DNA from: Eledone cirrhosa
Taxonomy: Eukaryota
DNA: 64,000 nucleotides
Direction: 5' to 3'
Assembly: GCA_964016885.1 (NCBI GenBank)
Contig: OZ024742.1
Location: 11,656,001-11,720,000 of the forward strand
Positions 10,101-25,100 of this stretch are shown piece by piece (positions within the stretch are counted from its first letter, which is position 1; each line of letters begins with the position of its first letter). The translations under genes and the position numbers were made by a program. The notes beneath the pieces are model-generated. The model saw nothing but the letters and a program-made list of their open reading frames with translations. It ran no database searches and was not told where the DNA came from.

Positions 10101-13100
10101 CGTTAATTCCAGAACGTTAGTTCCAGAGCTATAATTCCAGAACGTTAATTCCAGAACGTTAATTCCAGAACGTTAATTCCAGAACATTTATTGCAGAACG
10201 TTAATTCCAGAACGTTACTTCCAGAATGTTTATGCCAGAGCGTTAATTCCAGAACGTCAATTCCAGAACGTTAATACCAGAACGTTAATTCCAGAACGTT
10301 AATCCAAGTACGGTAGTTCCAGAACGTTAATTCCAAAACGTTAATTCCAGAACGTTAATTCGAGAACGTTAATGCCAGAACGTTAATTCCAGAACGTTAA
10401 TTCCAGAAAGTTAATTCCAGAACGTTAATTCCATACCATTTATTCCGGAACGTTAATTCCAGAACGTTTATGCCAGAACGTTAATTCCAAAACGTTAATT
10501 CCATAAAGATATTTTCAGATCATTAATTTCAGAACGTTAATTCCAGAACGTTTATTCCAGAACGTTAATTCCAGTACGTTAATTCCAGAACGTTTATTAC
10601 AGAAAGTTAATTCCAGAACGTTGATTCCAGAACATTTATTCCAGAACGTTAATTCCAGAACGTTAATTCCAGAACGTCAATTCCAGAACGTTAATACCAG
10701 AACGTTAATTCCAGAACGTTAATTCCAGAACGTTAGTTCCAGAGCTATAATTCCAGAACGTTAATTCCAGAACGTTAATTCCGGAACGGTAATTCCAGAA
10801 CGTTAATTCCAAAATTTATTACCAGAATGTTAATTCCAGAAAGTTAATTCCAGAACGTTAATTCCAGAACGTTACTACCAGAAAGTCAATTCCAGAACGT
10901 TAATTCCAGTAAATTAATTCCAGAACGTTAATTCCAGAACGTTTATTCCAGAACGTTAATTCCAGAACGTTAATTCCAGAGCGTTAATTCCAGAAAGTTA
11001 ATTCCAGAACGTTAATTCCAGAACGTTAATTCCAAAACGTTTATTCCAGAAAGTTATTTTGAGATCATTAATTTCAGAACGTTAATTCCAGAATATTTAT
11101 TGCAGAACGTTAATTCCAGAACGTTAATTCCAGAATGTTTATACCAGAGCGTTAATTCCAGAACGTCAATTCCAGAACGTTAATACCAGCACGTTAATTC
11201 CAGAACGTTAATCCAAGTACGTTAGTTCCAGAACGTTAATTCCAGAACGTTAATTCCAGAACGTTAATTCCAGAGCGTTAATTCCAGAACATTCATGTCA
11301 GAACGTTAGTTCCAGAACGTTAATTCCAGAACGTTTATGCCAGAACATTAATTCCGGAATGTTAATTACAGAACATTAATTCCAGAACGTTAATCCCAGA
11401 ACGTTAATTCCAGAACGTTAATTCCAGAAAGTTAATTCCAGAAAATTAATTCCAGAACGTTAATTCCAGAAAGTCAATTCCAGAATGTTAATTCCAGAAC
11501 GTTAATTCCGGAACGTTAATTCCGGAACGTTAATTCCAGAAAGTTAATTCCAGAACGTTAATTCCAGTACGTTAATTCCAGAACGTTAATTCCAGAAAGT
11601 TAATTCCAGAACGTTAATTACAGAACGTTAATTCCAGAAAGTTATTTCGAGAACATTAATTTCAGAACGTTAATTCCAGAACGTTAATTCCAGAACGTTA
11701 ATTCCAGAACATTAATTCCAGAACGTTAATTCCAGAACGTCAATTCCATAACGTTAATTCCAGAACATTAATTCCGGAGCGTTAATTCCAGAACGTTAAT
11801 TCCACGTTAATTCAAGAACGTTTATGCCAGAACGTTAATTCCAGAAAGTTATTTCCAGAACATTAATTCCAGTACGTTAATTCCAGAACGTTTATTCCAG
11901 AACGTTAATTCCAGAACATTAATTCCAGAACTTTAATTCCAGAACGTTAATACCAGAACGTTAATTCCAGAACGTTAATTCCAGAACGTTATTTCCAGAA
12001 AGTTATTTTCAAATCATTAATTTCAGAACGTTAATGCCAGAATCTTTCTTCCAGAACGTTTATTCCAGAGCGTTAATTCTAGAATGTTAATTCCAGATCA
12101 TTAATTCCAGAACGTTACTTCCTAAACGTTAATTCCAGAACGTTTATGCCAGAACCTTAATTCCAGAAAGTTATTTCCAGAACGTTAATTCCGAAAATTT
12201 ATTTCCAGATCATTAATTTCAGAACGTTAATTCCAGAAAGTTAATTCCAGAACGTTAATTCCAGAACATTTATTCCAGAACGTTAATTCCAGAACGTTTA
12301 TGCCAGAACGTTAATTCCAAAACGTTAATTCCATAAAGATATTTTCAGATCATTAATTTCAGAACGTTAATTCCAGAACTTTTTTTCCAGAAAGTTAATT
12401 CCAGAAGGTTTATTCCAGAACGTTAATTCCAGAATGTTAATTACAGAAAGTTAATTCCAGAACGATGATTCCAGAACATTTATTCCAGAACGTTAATTCC
12501 AGAACGGTAATTCCAGAACGTTAATTCCAGAACGTTAATCCCAGTACGTTAATTCCAGAACGTTAATTCCACAACGTTAGTTCCAGACCGTTAATTCCAG
12601 AACGTTTATATCAAAACGTTAATTCCAGAACGTTAATTCCAGAACGTTAATTCCAGAACGTTAATTCCAGAAAGTTAATTCTAGAACGTTAATTCCAGAA
12701 CATTAATTCCAAAACGTTAATTCCAGAAAGTCAATTCCAGAATGTTAATTCCAGAACGTTAATTCCATAAAGTTAATTCAAGAAAGTTAATTACAGAACG
12801 TTAATTTCAGAACGTTAATTCAAGAATGTTACTTACAGAAATTTAATTCCAGAACATTAATTCCAGAACGTTAATTCCAGAACGTTTATTCCAGAATGTT
12901 AATTCCAGAACGTTAATTTCAGAGCGTTAATTCCAGAACGTTAATTCCAAAACGTTAATTCCAGAAAGTTATTTTGAGATCATTAATTTCAGAACATTAA
13001 TTCCAGAACATTTATTCCACAACGTTAATTCCAGAAAGATATTTTCAGATCATTAATTTAAGAACATTAATTCCAGAGGATTTATTCCAGAAAGTTAATT

Positions 13101-16100
13101 CCAGAACGTATAATTCCAGAACGTTAATTCCAGAACGTTAATTCCAGAACGTTAATTCCAAAACGTTAATTCCAGAAAGATATTTTCAGATCATTAATTT
13201 CAGAACATTAATTCCAGAACATTTATTCCAGAAAGTTAATTCCAGAACGTATAATTCCAGAACGTTAATTCCAGAACGTTAATTCCAGAACATTTATTCC
13301 AAAACGTTAATTCCAGAACGATAATTCGAGAACGTTAGTGCCAGAACGTTAATTCCAGAACGTTAATTCCAGAAAGTTAATTCCAGAACATTAATTCCAG
13401 AACATTTATTCCGAAACGTTAATTCCAGAACGTTTATGCCAGAACGTTAATTCCAAAACGTTAATTACATAAAGATATTTTCAGAACGTTTATTCCAGAA
13501 CGTTAATTCCAGTACGTTAATTCCAGAACGTTTATTACAGAAAGTTCATACCAGAACGTTGATTACAGAACATTTATTCCAGAACGTTAATTCCAGAACG
13601 GTAATTCCAGAACGTTTATGCCAGAACGTTAATTCCAGAACGTCAATTCCAGAACGTTAATACCAGAACGGTAATTCCAGAACGTTAATCCCAGTACGTT
13701 AATTCCAGAACGTTAATTCCAGAACGTTAGTTCCAGAGCGTTAATTCCAGAACGTTAATTCCAGAACGTTAATTCCAGAACGTTAATTCCAGAACGTTAA
13801 TTCCAAAATTTATTACCAGAATGTTAATTCCAGAAAGTTAATTCCAGAACGTTAATTCCAGCAAATTAATTCCAGAACGTTAATTCCAGAACGTTAATAC
13901 CAGAAAGTCAATTCCAGAACGTTAATTCCAGAAAATTAATTCCAGAACGTTAATTCCAGAACATTAATTCTAGAAAGTTATTTCCAGAACATTAATTCCA
14001 GTACGTTAATTCCAGAACGTTTATTCCAGAACGTTAATTCCAGAACGTTAATTCCAGAGCGTTAATTCCAGAAAGTTAATTCCAGAACGTTAATTCCAGA
14101 ACCTTAATTCCACAACGTTAATTCCAGAAAGTTATTTTGAGATAATTAATTTCAGAACGTTAATTCCAGAACATTTATTGCAGAACGTTAATTCCAGAAC
14201 GTTAATTCCAGAATGTTTATGCCAGAGCGTTAATTCCAGAACGTCAATTCCAGAACGTTAATACGAGAACGTTAATTCCAGAACGTTAATTCCAGAGCGT
14301 TAATTCCAGAACATTCATGTCAGAACGTTAATTCCAGAACGTTTATGCCAGAACGTTAATTACGGAATGTTAATTACAGAACGTCAATTCCAGAACGTTA
14401 ATTCCAGAACGTTAATTCCAGAAAGTTAATTCCAGAAAATTAATTCCAGAACGTTCATTCCAGAAAGTCAATTCCAGAATGTTAATTCCAGAACGTTAAT
14501 TCAATAAAGTTAATTCCAGTACGTTAATTACAGAACGTTAATTTCAGAACGTTATTTCAAGAATGTTATTTACAGAAATTTAATTCCAGAACATTAATTC
14601 CAGAACGGTAATTCCAGAACGTTAATTCCAGAATATTAATTCCAGAACGTTAATTCCAGAACGTTAATTCGAGAAAGATAATTCTAGAACGTTAAGTCCA
14701 CAACGTTAATTCCAGAACGTTAATTCCAGAACGTTTATTCCAGAACGTTAATTCCTGAACGTTAATTCCAGAACGGTAATTCCAGAACGTTAATTCCATA
14801 ACGTTAATTCCAGAACGTTAATTCCAGAACGTTAATTCCAGAACGTTAATTCCAGTACGTTAATTCCAGAACGTTAATTCCAGAAAGTTAATTCCAGAAC
14901 GTTAATTACAGAACGTTAATTCCAGAAAGTTATTTCGAGAACATTAATTTCAGAACGTTAATTCCAGAACGTTAATTCCAGAACGTTAATTCCGGAGCGT
15001 TAATTCCAGAACGTTATTACCACAACGTTAATTCAAGAACGTTTATGCCAGAACGTTAATTCCAGAAAGTTATTTCCAGAACATTAATTCCAGTACGTTA
15101 ATTCCAGAACGTTTATTCCAGAAAGTTAATTCCAGAACATTAATTCCAGAACGTTAATGCCAAAACATTTATTCAAGAACGTTAATTCCAGAACGTTAAT
15201 TCTGAAACGTTAATACCAGAAAGTTAATTCCAGAACGTTAATTCCAGAAATTTAATTCCAGAAACTTAATTCCAGAAAGTTAATTCCATAACGTTAATTC
15301 CAGAAAGTTAATTCCAGAACGTTAATTCCAGAACGTTAATTCCAGAACGTTAATTCCAGAAAGTTAATTCCAGAACGGTTATGCCAAAACGTTAATTCCA
15401 GAACGGAAATTCTAGAACATTAATTCCAGAACGTTAATTCCAGAACGTTAATACCAGAACGTTAATTCCAAAACGTTATTTCCAGAAAGTTAATTCCAGA
15501 ACGTTAATTCCAGAAGGTTAATTCCAGAAAGTTAATTCCAGAAAGTTATTTTCAAATCATTAATTTCAGAACGTTAATTCCAGAACGTTAATTCTAGAAT
15601 GTTAATTCCAGATCATTAATTCCAGAACGTTAATTCCTAAACGTTAATTCCTGAACGTTTATGCCAGAACCTTAATTCCAGAAAGTTATTTCCAGAACAT
15701 TAATTCCAGTACGTTAATTCCAGAACGTTAATTCCAGAACGTTAATTCCTGAAATTTATTTCCAGATCATTAATTTCAGAACGTTAATTCCAGAAAGTTA
15801 ATTCCAGAACGTTAATTCCAGAAGATTTATTCCAGAACGTTAATTCCAGAACGTTAATTCCAGAGCGTTTATGCCAGAACGTTAATTCCAAAACGTTAAT
15901 TCCATAAAGATATTTTCAGATCATTAATTTCAGAACGTTAATTCCAGAACTTTTTTTGCAGAAAGTTAATTCCAGAAAGTTTATTCCAGAACGTTAATTC
16001 CAGAACGTTAATTACAGAAAGTTAGTTCCAGAACGTTGATTCCAGAACATTTATTCCAGAACGTAAATTCCAGAATGGTAATTCCAGAACGTTTATGCTA

Positions 16101-19100
16101 GAACGTTAATTCCAGAACGTCAATTCCAGAACGTTAATACCAGAACGTTAATTCCAGAACGTTAATCCCAGTACTTTAATTCCAGAACGTTAATTCCAGA
16201 ACGTTAGTTCCAGAGCGTTAATTCCAGAACGTTTATGTCAGAACGTTAATTCCAGAACGTTAATTCCAGAACGTTAGTTCCAGAACGTTTATGCCAGAAC
16301 GTCAATTCCAGTACGGTAATTCCAGAACGTTAATTCCAGAACGTTAATTCCAGAGCGTTAATTCCAGAACGTTTATGTCAGAACGTTAATTCCAGAACGT
16401 TAATTCCAGAATGTTAATTTCAGAACGTTAATTCCAGAACGTTAATTCCAGTACGGTAATTCCAGAACGTTAATTCCAAAATTTATTACCAGAATGTTAA
16501 TTCCAGAAAGTTAATTCCAGAACGTTAATTCCAGAACGTTAATACCAAAAAGTCAATTCCAGAACGTTAATTCCAGAAAATTGATTCCAGAACGTTAATT
16601 CCAGTACAATAATTCCAGAAAGTTATTTCCAGAACATTAATTCCAGTACGTTAATTCCAGAACGTTTATTCCAGAACGTTAATTCCAGAACGTTAATTCC
16701 AGAACATTTATTCCAGAACGTTAATTCCGGAATGTTTATGCCAGACCATTAATTCCAGAACGTCAATTCCAGAACGTTAATACCAGAACGTTAATTCCAG
16801 AACGTTAATCCCAGTACGTTAGTTCCAGAAAGTTAATTCCAGAACCTTAATTCCAGAACGTTCATGTCAGAATGTTAGTTCCAGAATGTTAATTCCAGAA
16901 GGTTTATGCCAGAACGTTAATTCCAGAACGTTAATTCCAGAACGTTAATTCTAGAAAGATAATTCCAGAACGTTAATTCCAGAAAGTTAATTCCAGAAAA
17001 TTAATTCCAGAACGTTCATTCCAGAAAGTTAATTCCAGAACGTAAATTCCAGAACATTAATTCCAAAACGTTAATTCCAGAAAGTCAATTCCAGAATGTT
17101 AATTCCAGAACGTTAATTCCATAAAGTTAATTCCAGAACGTTAATTACAGAACGTTAATTTCAGAACGTAAATTCAAGAATGTTAATTACAGAAATTTAA
17201 TTCCCGAACATTAATTCCAGAACGTTAATTCCAGAACGTTTATTCCAGAATGTTAATTCCAGAACGTTAATTTCAGAGCGTTAGTTCCAGAACGTTAATT
17301 CCAGAACATTAATTCCATCCCGTTAATTCCAGAACGTTAATTCCAGAACGTTAATTCTAGAACATTAATTCCAGAACGTTAATTCCAGAACGTTAATTTC
17401 AGAAACGTTAATTCCAGAAAGTTAATTCCAGAACGTTATTTCCAGAACCTTAATTCCAGAACGGTAATTGCAGAACGTTAATTCCATAACGTTAATTCCA
17501 GAACATAAATTCCAGAACGTTAATTCCAGAACGTTAAATCCGGAACGTTAATTCCAGAACGTTAATTCCAGAACGTTTATTCCAGAGCGTTAATTCCAGA
17601 ACTTTTTTGCCAGAACGTTAATTACAGAACGTTAATTCCAAAACGTTAATTCCAGAACGTTAATTCCACCACGTTAATTCCAGAAAGTTAATTCCAGAAC
17701 GTTAATTCCAGAAAGTTAATTCCAGAAAATTAATTCCACAACGTTAATTCCAGAAAGTTAATTCCAGAACGTTAATTCCAGAACATTAATTCCAGAACGT
17801 TAATTCCAGAAAGTCAATTCCAGAATGTTAATTCCATAACGTTAATTCCGTAAAGTTAATTCCAGAACGTTAATTACAGAACGTTAATTTCAGAACGTTA
17901 ATTCAAGAATGTTAATTACAGAAATTTAATTCCAGAACATTAATTCCAGAACGTTAATTACAGAACGTTAATTCCAGAACGTTAATTCGAGAAAGATAAT
18001 TCTACAACGTTAATTCCAGAACGTTAATTCAAGAAAGATAATTCTAGAACGTTAAATCCAGAACGTTAATTCCAGAACCTTTATTCCAGAACGTTAATTC
18101 CTGAACATTAATTCCAGAACGGTAATTCCAGAACGTTAATTCCATAACGTTAATTCCAGAGCGTTAATTCCAGAACGTTTATGCCAGAAAGTTAATTCCA
18201 GAACGTTAATTCCGGAACGTTAATTAAGGAACGTTAATTCGAGAACGTTAATTCCAGAACGTTAATTCCAGTACGTTAATTCCAGAACGTTAATTCCAGA
18301 AAGTTAATTCCAGAACGGTAATTACAGAACGTTAATTCCAGAAAGTTTTTTCGAGAAAATTAATTTCAGAACGTTAATTCCAGAACGTTAATTCCAGAAC
18401 TTTAATTCCATAACCTTAATTGCAGAACATTAATTCCGGAGCGTTAATTCCAGAACGTTAATTCCACAACGTTAATTCAAGAACGTTTATGTCAGAACGT
18501 TAATTCCAGAAAGTTATTTCCAGAACATTAATTCCAGTACGTTAATTGCAGAACGTTTATTCCAGAACGTTAATACCAGAACGTTAATTCCAGAACGTTA
18601 ATTCCAGAAAGTTAATTCCAGAACATTAATTCCAGAACGTTAATGCCAAAACGTTTATTCCAGAACGTTAATTCCATAAAGTTAATTCCAGAACGTTAAT
18701 TACAGAACGTTAATTTCAGAACGTAAATTCAAGAATGTTAATTACAGAAATTTAATTCCCGAACATTAATTCCAGAACGTTAATTCCAGAACGTTAATTC
18801 CAGAAAGTTAATTCCAGAAAATTAATTCCAGAACGTTCATTCCAGAAAGTTAATTCCAGAACGTAAATTTCAGAACATTAATTCCAAAACGTTAATTCCA
18901 GAAAGTCAATTCCAGAATGTTAATTCCAGAACGTTAATTCCATAAAGTTAATTCCAGAACGTTAATTACAGAACGTTAATTTCAGAACGTAAATTCAAGA
19001 ATGTTAATTACAGAAATTTAATTCCCGAACATTAATTCCAGAACGTTAATTCCAGAACGTTTATTCCAGAATGTTAATTCCAGAACGTTAATTTCAGAGC

Positions 19101-22100
19101 GTTAGTTCCAGAACGTTAATTCCAGAACATTAATTCCATCCCGTTAATTCCAGAACGTTAATTCCAGAACGTTAATTCTAGAACATTAATTCCAGAACGT
19201 TAATTCCAGAACGTTAATTTCAGAAACGTTAATTCCAGAAAGTTAATTCCAGAACGTTATTTCCAGAACCTTAATTCCAGAACGGTAATTGCAGAACGTT
19301 AATTCCATAACGTTAATTCCAGAACATAAATTCCAGAACGTTAATTCCAGAACGTTAAATCCGGAACGTTAATTCCAGAACGTTAATTCCAGAACGTTTA
19401 TTCCAGAGCGTTAATTCCAGAACTTTTTTGCCAGAACGTTAATTACAGAACGTTAATTCCAAAACGTTAATTTCAGAACGTTAATTCCAGAACTTTAATT
19501 CCAGAGCGTTAATTACGGAGCGTTAATTCCAGAAAGTTAATTCCAGAACGTTAATTCCACCACGTTAATTCCAGAAAGTTAATTCCAGAACGTTAATTCC
19601 AGAAAGTTAATTCCAGAAAATTAATTCCAGAACGTTAATTCCAGAAAGTTAATTCCAGAACGTTAATTCCAGAACATTAATTCCAGAACGTTAATTCCAG
19701 AAAGTCAATTCCAGAATGTTAATTCCATAACGTTAATTCCGTAAAGTTAATTCCAGAACGTTAATTACAGAACGTTAATTTCAGAACGTTAATTCAAGAA
19801 TGTTAATTACAGAAATTTAATTCCAGAACATTAATTCCAGAACGTTAATTACAGAACGTTAATTCCAGAACGTTAATTCGAGAAAGATAATTCTACAACG
19901 TTAATTCCAGAACGTTAATTCAAGAAAGATAATTCTAGAACGTTAAATCCAGAACGTTAATTCCAGAACCTTTATTCCAGAACGTTAATTCCTGAACATT
20001 AATTCCAGAACGGTAATTCCAGAACGTTAATTCCATAACGTTAATTCCAGAGCGTTAATTCCAGAACGTTTATGCCAGAACGTTAATTCCAGAACGTTAA
20101 TTCCGGAACGTTAATTCAGGAACGTTAATTCGAGAACGTTAATTCCAGAACGTTAATTCCAGTACGTTAATTCCAGAACGTTAATTCCAGAAAGTTAATT
20201 CCAGAACGGTAATTACAGAACGTTAATTCCAGAAAGTTTTTTCGAGAAAATTAATTTCAGAACGTTAATTCCAGAACGTTAATTCCAGAACTTTAATTCC
20301 ATAACCTTAATTGCAGAACATTAATTCCGGAGCGTTAATTCCAGAACGTTAATTCCACAACGTTAATTCAAGAACGTTTATGTCAGAACGTTAATTCCAG
20401 AAAGTTATTTCCAGAACATTAATTCCAGTACGTTAATTGCAGAACGTTTATTCCAGAACGTTAATACCAGAACGTTAATTCCAGAACGTTAATTCCAGAA
20501 AGTTAATTCCAGAACATTAATTCCAGAACGTTAATGCCAAAACGTTTATTCCAGAAAGTTATTTTCAGATCATTAATTTCAGAGTTATTTCCAGAACATT
20601 AATTCCAGTACGTTAATTCCAGAATGTTAATTCCAGAACGTTAATTCAGGAAAGTTATTTCCAGATCATTAATTTCAGAACGTTAATTCCAGAATGTTTA
20701 TTCCAGAACGTTAATTCCAGAACGTTAATTCCAGAAAGTTATTTGCAGATCATTAATTTCAGAAAGTTATTTCCAGAACATTAATTCCAGTACGTTAATT
20801 CCAGAATGTTAATTCCAGAACGTTAATTCAGGAAAGTTATTTCCAGAACATTAATTTCAGAACATTAATTCCAGAACGTTAATTCCAGAACATTAATTCC
20901 AGAACGTTAATTCCAGAATGTTAATTACAGAAATTTAATTCCAGAACATTAATTCCAGAACGTTAATTCCAGAACGTTTATGCCAGAACGTTAATTCGAG
21001 AAAGTTATTTCCAGAACATTAATTCCAGTACGTTAATTCCAGAACGTTTATTCCAGAACGTTAATTCCAGAACGTTAATTCCAGAACGTTAATTCCAGAA
21101 AGTTAATTCCAGAACATTAATTCCAGAACGTTAATGCCAAAACGTTTATTCCAGAACGTTAATTCCATAAAGTTAATTCCAGAACGTTAATTACAGAACG
21201 TTAATTTCAGAACGTAAATTCAAGAATGTTAATTACAGAAATTTAATTCCCGAACATTAATTCCAGAACGTTAATTCCAGAACGTTAATTCCAGAAAGTT
21301 AATTCCAGAAAATTAATTCCAGAACGTTCATTCCAGAAAGTTAATTCCAGAACGTAAATTTCAGAACATTAATTCCAAAACGTTAATTCCAGAAAGTCAA
21401 TTCCAGAATGTTAATTCCAGAACGTTAATTCCATAAAGTTAATTCCAGAACGTTAATTACAGAACGTTAATTTCAGAACGTAAATTCAAGAATGTTAATT
21501 ACAGAAATTTAATTCCCGAACATTAATTCCAGAACGTTAATTCCAGAACGTTTATTCCAGAATGTTAATTCCAGAACGTTAATTTCAGAGCGTTAGTTCC
21601 AGAACGTTAATTCCAGAACATTAATTCCATCCCGTTAATTCCAGAACGTTAATTCCAGAACGTTAATTCTAGAACATTAATTCCAGAACGTTAATTCCAG
21701 AACGTTAATTTCAGAAACGTTAATTCCAGAAAGTTAATTCCAGAACGTTATTTCCAGAACCTTAATTCCAGAACGGTAATTGCAGAACGTTAATTCCATA
21801 ACGTTAATTCCAGAACATAAATTCCAGAACGTTAATTCCAGAACGTTAAATCCGGAACGTTAATTCCAGAACGTTAATTCCAGAACGTTTATTCCAGAGC
21901 GTTAATTCCAGAACTTTTTTGCCAGAACGTTAATTACAGAACGTTAATTCCAAAACGTTAATTTCAGAACGTTAATTCCAGAACTTTAATTCCAGAGCGT
22001 TAATTACGGAGCGTTAATTCCAGAAAGTTAATTCCAGAACGTTAATTCCACCACGTTAATTCCAGAAAGTTAATTCCAGAACGTTAATTCCAGAAAGTTA

Positions 22101-25100
22101 ATTCCAGAAAATTAATTCCAGAACGTTAATTCCAGAAAGTTAATTCCAGAACGTTAATTCCAGAACATTAATTCCAGAACGTTAATTCCAGAAAGTCAAT
22201 TCCAGAATGTTAATTCCATAACGTTAATTCCGTAAAGTTAATTCCAGAACGTTAATTACAGAACGTTAATTTCAGAACGTTAATTCAAGAATGTTAATTA
22301 CAGAAATTTAATTCCAGAACATTAATTCCAGAACGTTAATTACAGAACGTTAATTCCAGAACGTTAATTCGAGAAAGATAATTCTACAACGTTAATTCCA
22401 GAACGTTAATTCAAGAAAGATAATTCTAGAACGTTAAATCCAGAACGTTAATTCCAGAACCTTTATTCCAGAACGTTAATTCCTGAACATTAATTCCAGA
22501 ACGGTAATTCCAGAACGTTAATTCCATAACGTTAATTCCAGAGCGTTAATTCCAGAACGTTTATGCCAGAACGTTAATTCCAGAACGTTAATTCCGGAAC
22601 GTTAATTCAGGAACGTTAATTCGAGAACGTTAATTCCAGAACGTTAATTCCAGTACGTTAATTCCAGAACGTTAATTCCAGAAAGTTAATTCCAGAACGG
22701 TAATTACAGAACGTTAATTCCAGAAAGTTTTTTCGAGAAAATTAATTTCAGAACGTTAATTCCAGAACGTTAATTCCAGAACTTTAATTCCATAACCTTA
22801 ATTGCAGAACATTAATTCCGGAGCGTTAATTCCAGAACGTTAATTCCACAACGTTAATTCAAGAACGTTTATGTCAGAACGTTAATTCCAGAAAGTTATT
22901 TCCAGAACATTAATTCCAGTACGTTAATTGCAGAACGTTTATTCCAGAACGTTAATACCAGAACGTTAATTCCAGAACGTTAATTCCAGAAAGTTAATTC
23001 CAGAACATTAATTCCAGAACGTTAATGCCAAAACGTTTATTCCAGAAAGTTATTTTCAGATCATTAATTTCAGAGTTATTTCCAGAACATTAATTCCAGT
23101 ACGTTAATTCCAGAATGTTAATTCCAGAACGTTAATTCAGGAAAGTTATTTCCAGATCATTAATTTCAGAACGTTAATTCCAGAATGTTTATTCCAGAAC
23201 GTTAATTCCAGAACGTTAATTCCAGAAAGTTATTTGCAGATCATTAATTTCAGAAAGTTATTTCCAGAACATTAATTCCAGTACGTTAATTCCAGAATGT
23301 TAATTCCAGAACGTTAATTCAGGAAAGTTATTTCCAGAACATTAATTTCAGAACATTAATTCCAGAACGTTAATTCCAGAACATTAATTCCAGAACGTTA
23401 ATTCCAGAATGTTAATTACAGAAATTTAATTCCAGAACATTAATTCCAGAACGTTAATTCCAGAACGTTTATGCCAGAACGTTAATTCGAGAAAGTTATT
23501 TCCAGAACATTAATTCCAGTACGTTAATTCCAGAACGTTTATTCCAGAACGTTAATTCCAGAACATTAATTCCAGAACTTTAATTCCAGAACGTTAATAC
23601 CAGAACGTTAATTCCAGAACGTTAATTCCAGAACGTTAATTCCAGAAAGTTATTTTCAAATCATTAATTTCAGAACGTTAATTCCAGAATCTTTCTTCCA
23701 GAACGTTTATTCCAGAGCGTTAATTCTAGAATGTTAATTCCAGATCATTAATTCCAGAACGTTACTTCCTAAACGTTAATTCCAGAACGTTTATGCCAGA
23801 ACCTTAATTCCAGAAAGTTATTTCCAGAACGTTAATTCCAGAACGTTAATTCCGGAAATTTATTTCCAGATCATTAATTTCAGAACGTTAATTCCAGAAA
23901 GTTAATTCCAGAACGTTAATTCCAGAACATTTATTCCAGAACGTTAATTCCAGAACGTTTATGCCAGAACCTTAATTCCAAAACGTTAATTCCATAAAGA
24001 TATTTTCAGATCATTAATTTCAGAACGTTAATTCCAGAACTTTTTTTCCAGAAAGTTAATTCCAGAAGGTTTATTCCAGAACGTTAATTCCAGAATGTTA
24101 ATTACAGAAAGTTAATTCCAGAACGATGATTCCAGAACATTTATTCCAGAACGTTAATTCCAGAACGGTAATTCCAGAACGTTAATTCCAGAACGTTAAT
24201 CCCAGTACGTTAATTCCAGAACGTTAATTCCACAACGTTAGTTCCAGACCGTTAATTCCAGAACGTTTATATCAAAACGTTAATTCCAGAACGTTAATTC
24301 CAGAACGTTAATTCCAGAACGTTAATTCCAGAACGTTAATTCCAGAAAGTTAATTCTAGAACGTTAATTCCAGAACATTAATTCCAAAACGTTAATTCCA
24401 GAAAGTCAATTCCAGAATGTTAATTCCAGAACGTTAATTCCATAAAGTTAATTCAAGAAAGTTAATTACAGAACGTTAATTTCAGAACGTTAATTCAAGA
24501 ATGTTACTTACAGAAATTTAATTCCAGAACATTAATTCCAGAACGTTAATTCCAGAACGTATAATTCCAGAACGTTAATTCCAGAACGTTAATTTCAGAG
24601 CGTTAATTCCAGAACGTTAATTACAGAACGTTAATTTCAGAACGTTATTTCAAGAATGTTATTTACAGAAATTTAATTCCAGAACATTAATTCCAGAACG
24701 GTAATTCCAGAACGTTAATTCCAGAATATTAATTCCAGAACGTTAATTCCAGAACGTTAATTCGAGAAAGATAATTCTAGAACGTTAAGTCCACAACGTT
24801 AATTCCAGAACGTTAATTCCAGAACGTTTATTCCAGAACGTTAATTCCTGAACGTTAATTCCAGAACGGTAATTCCAGAACGTTAATTCCATAACGTTAA
24901 TTCCAGAACGTTAATTGCAGAAAGTTAATTCCAGAACCTTAATTCCAGAACGTTCATGTCAGAATGTTAGTTCCAGAATGTTAATTCCAGAAGGTTTATG
25001 CCAGAACGTTAATTCCAGAACGTTAATTCCAGAACGTTAATTCTAGAAAGATAATTCCAGAACGTTAATTCCAGAAAGTTAATTCCAGAAAATTAATTCC

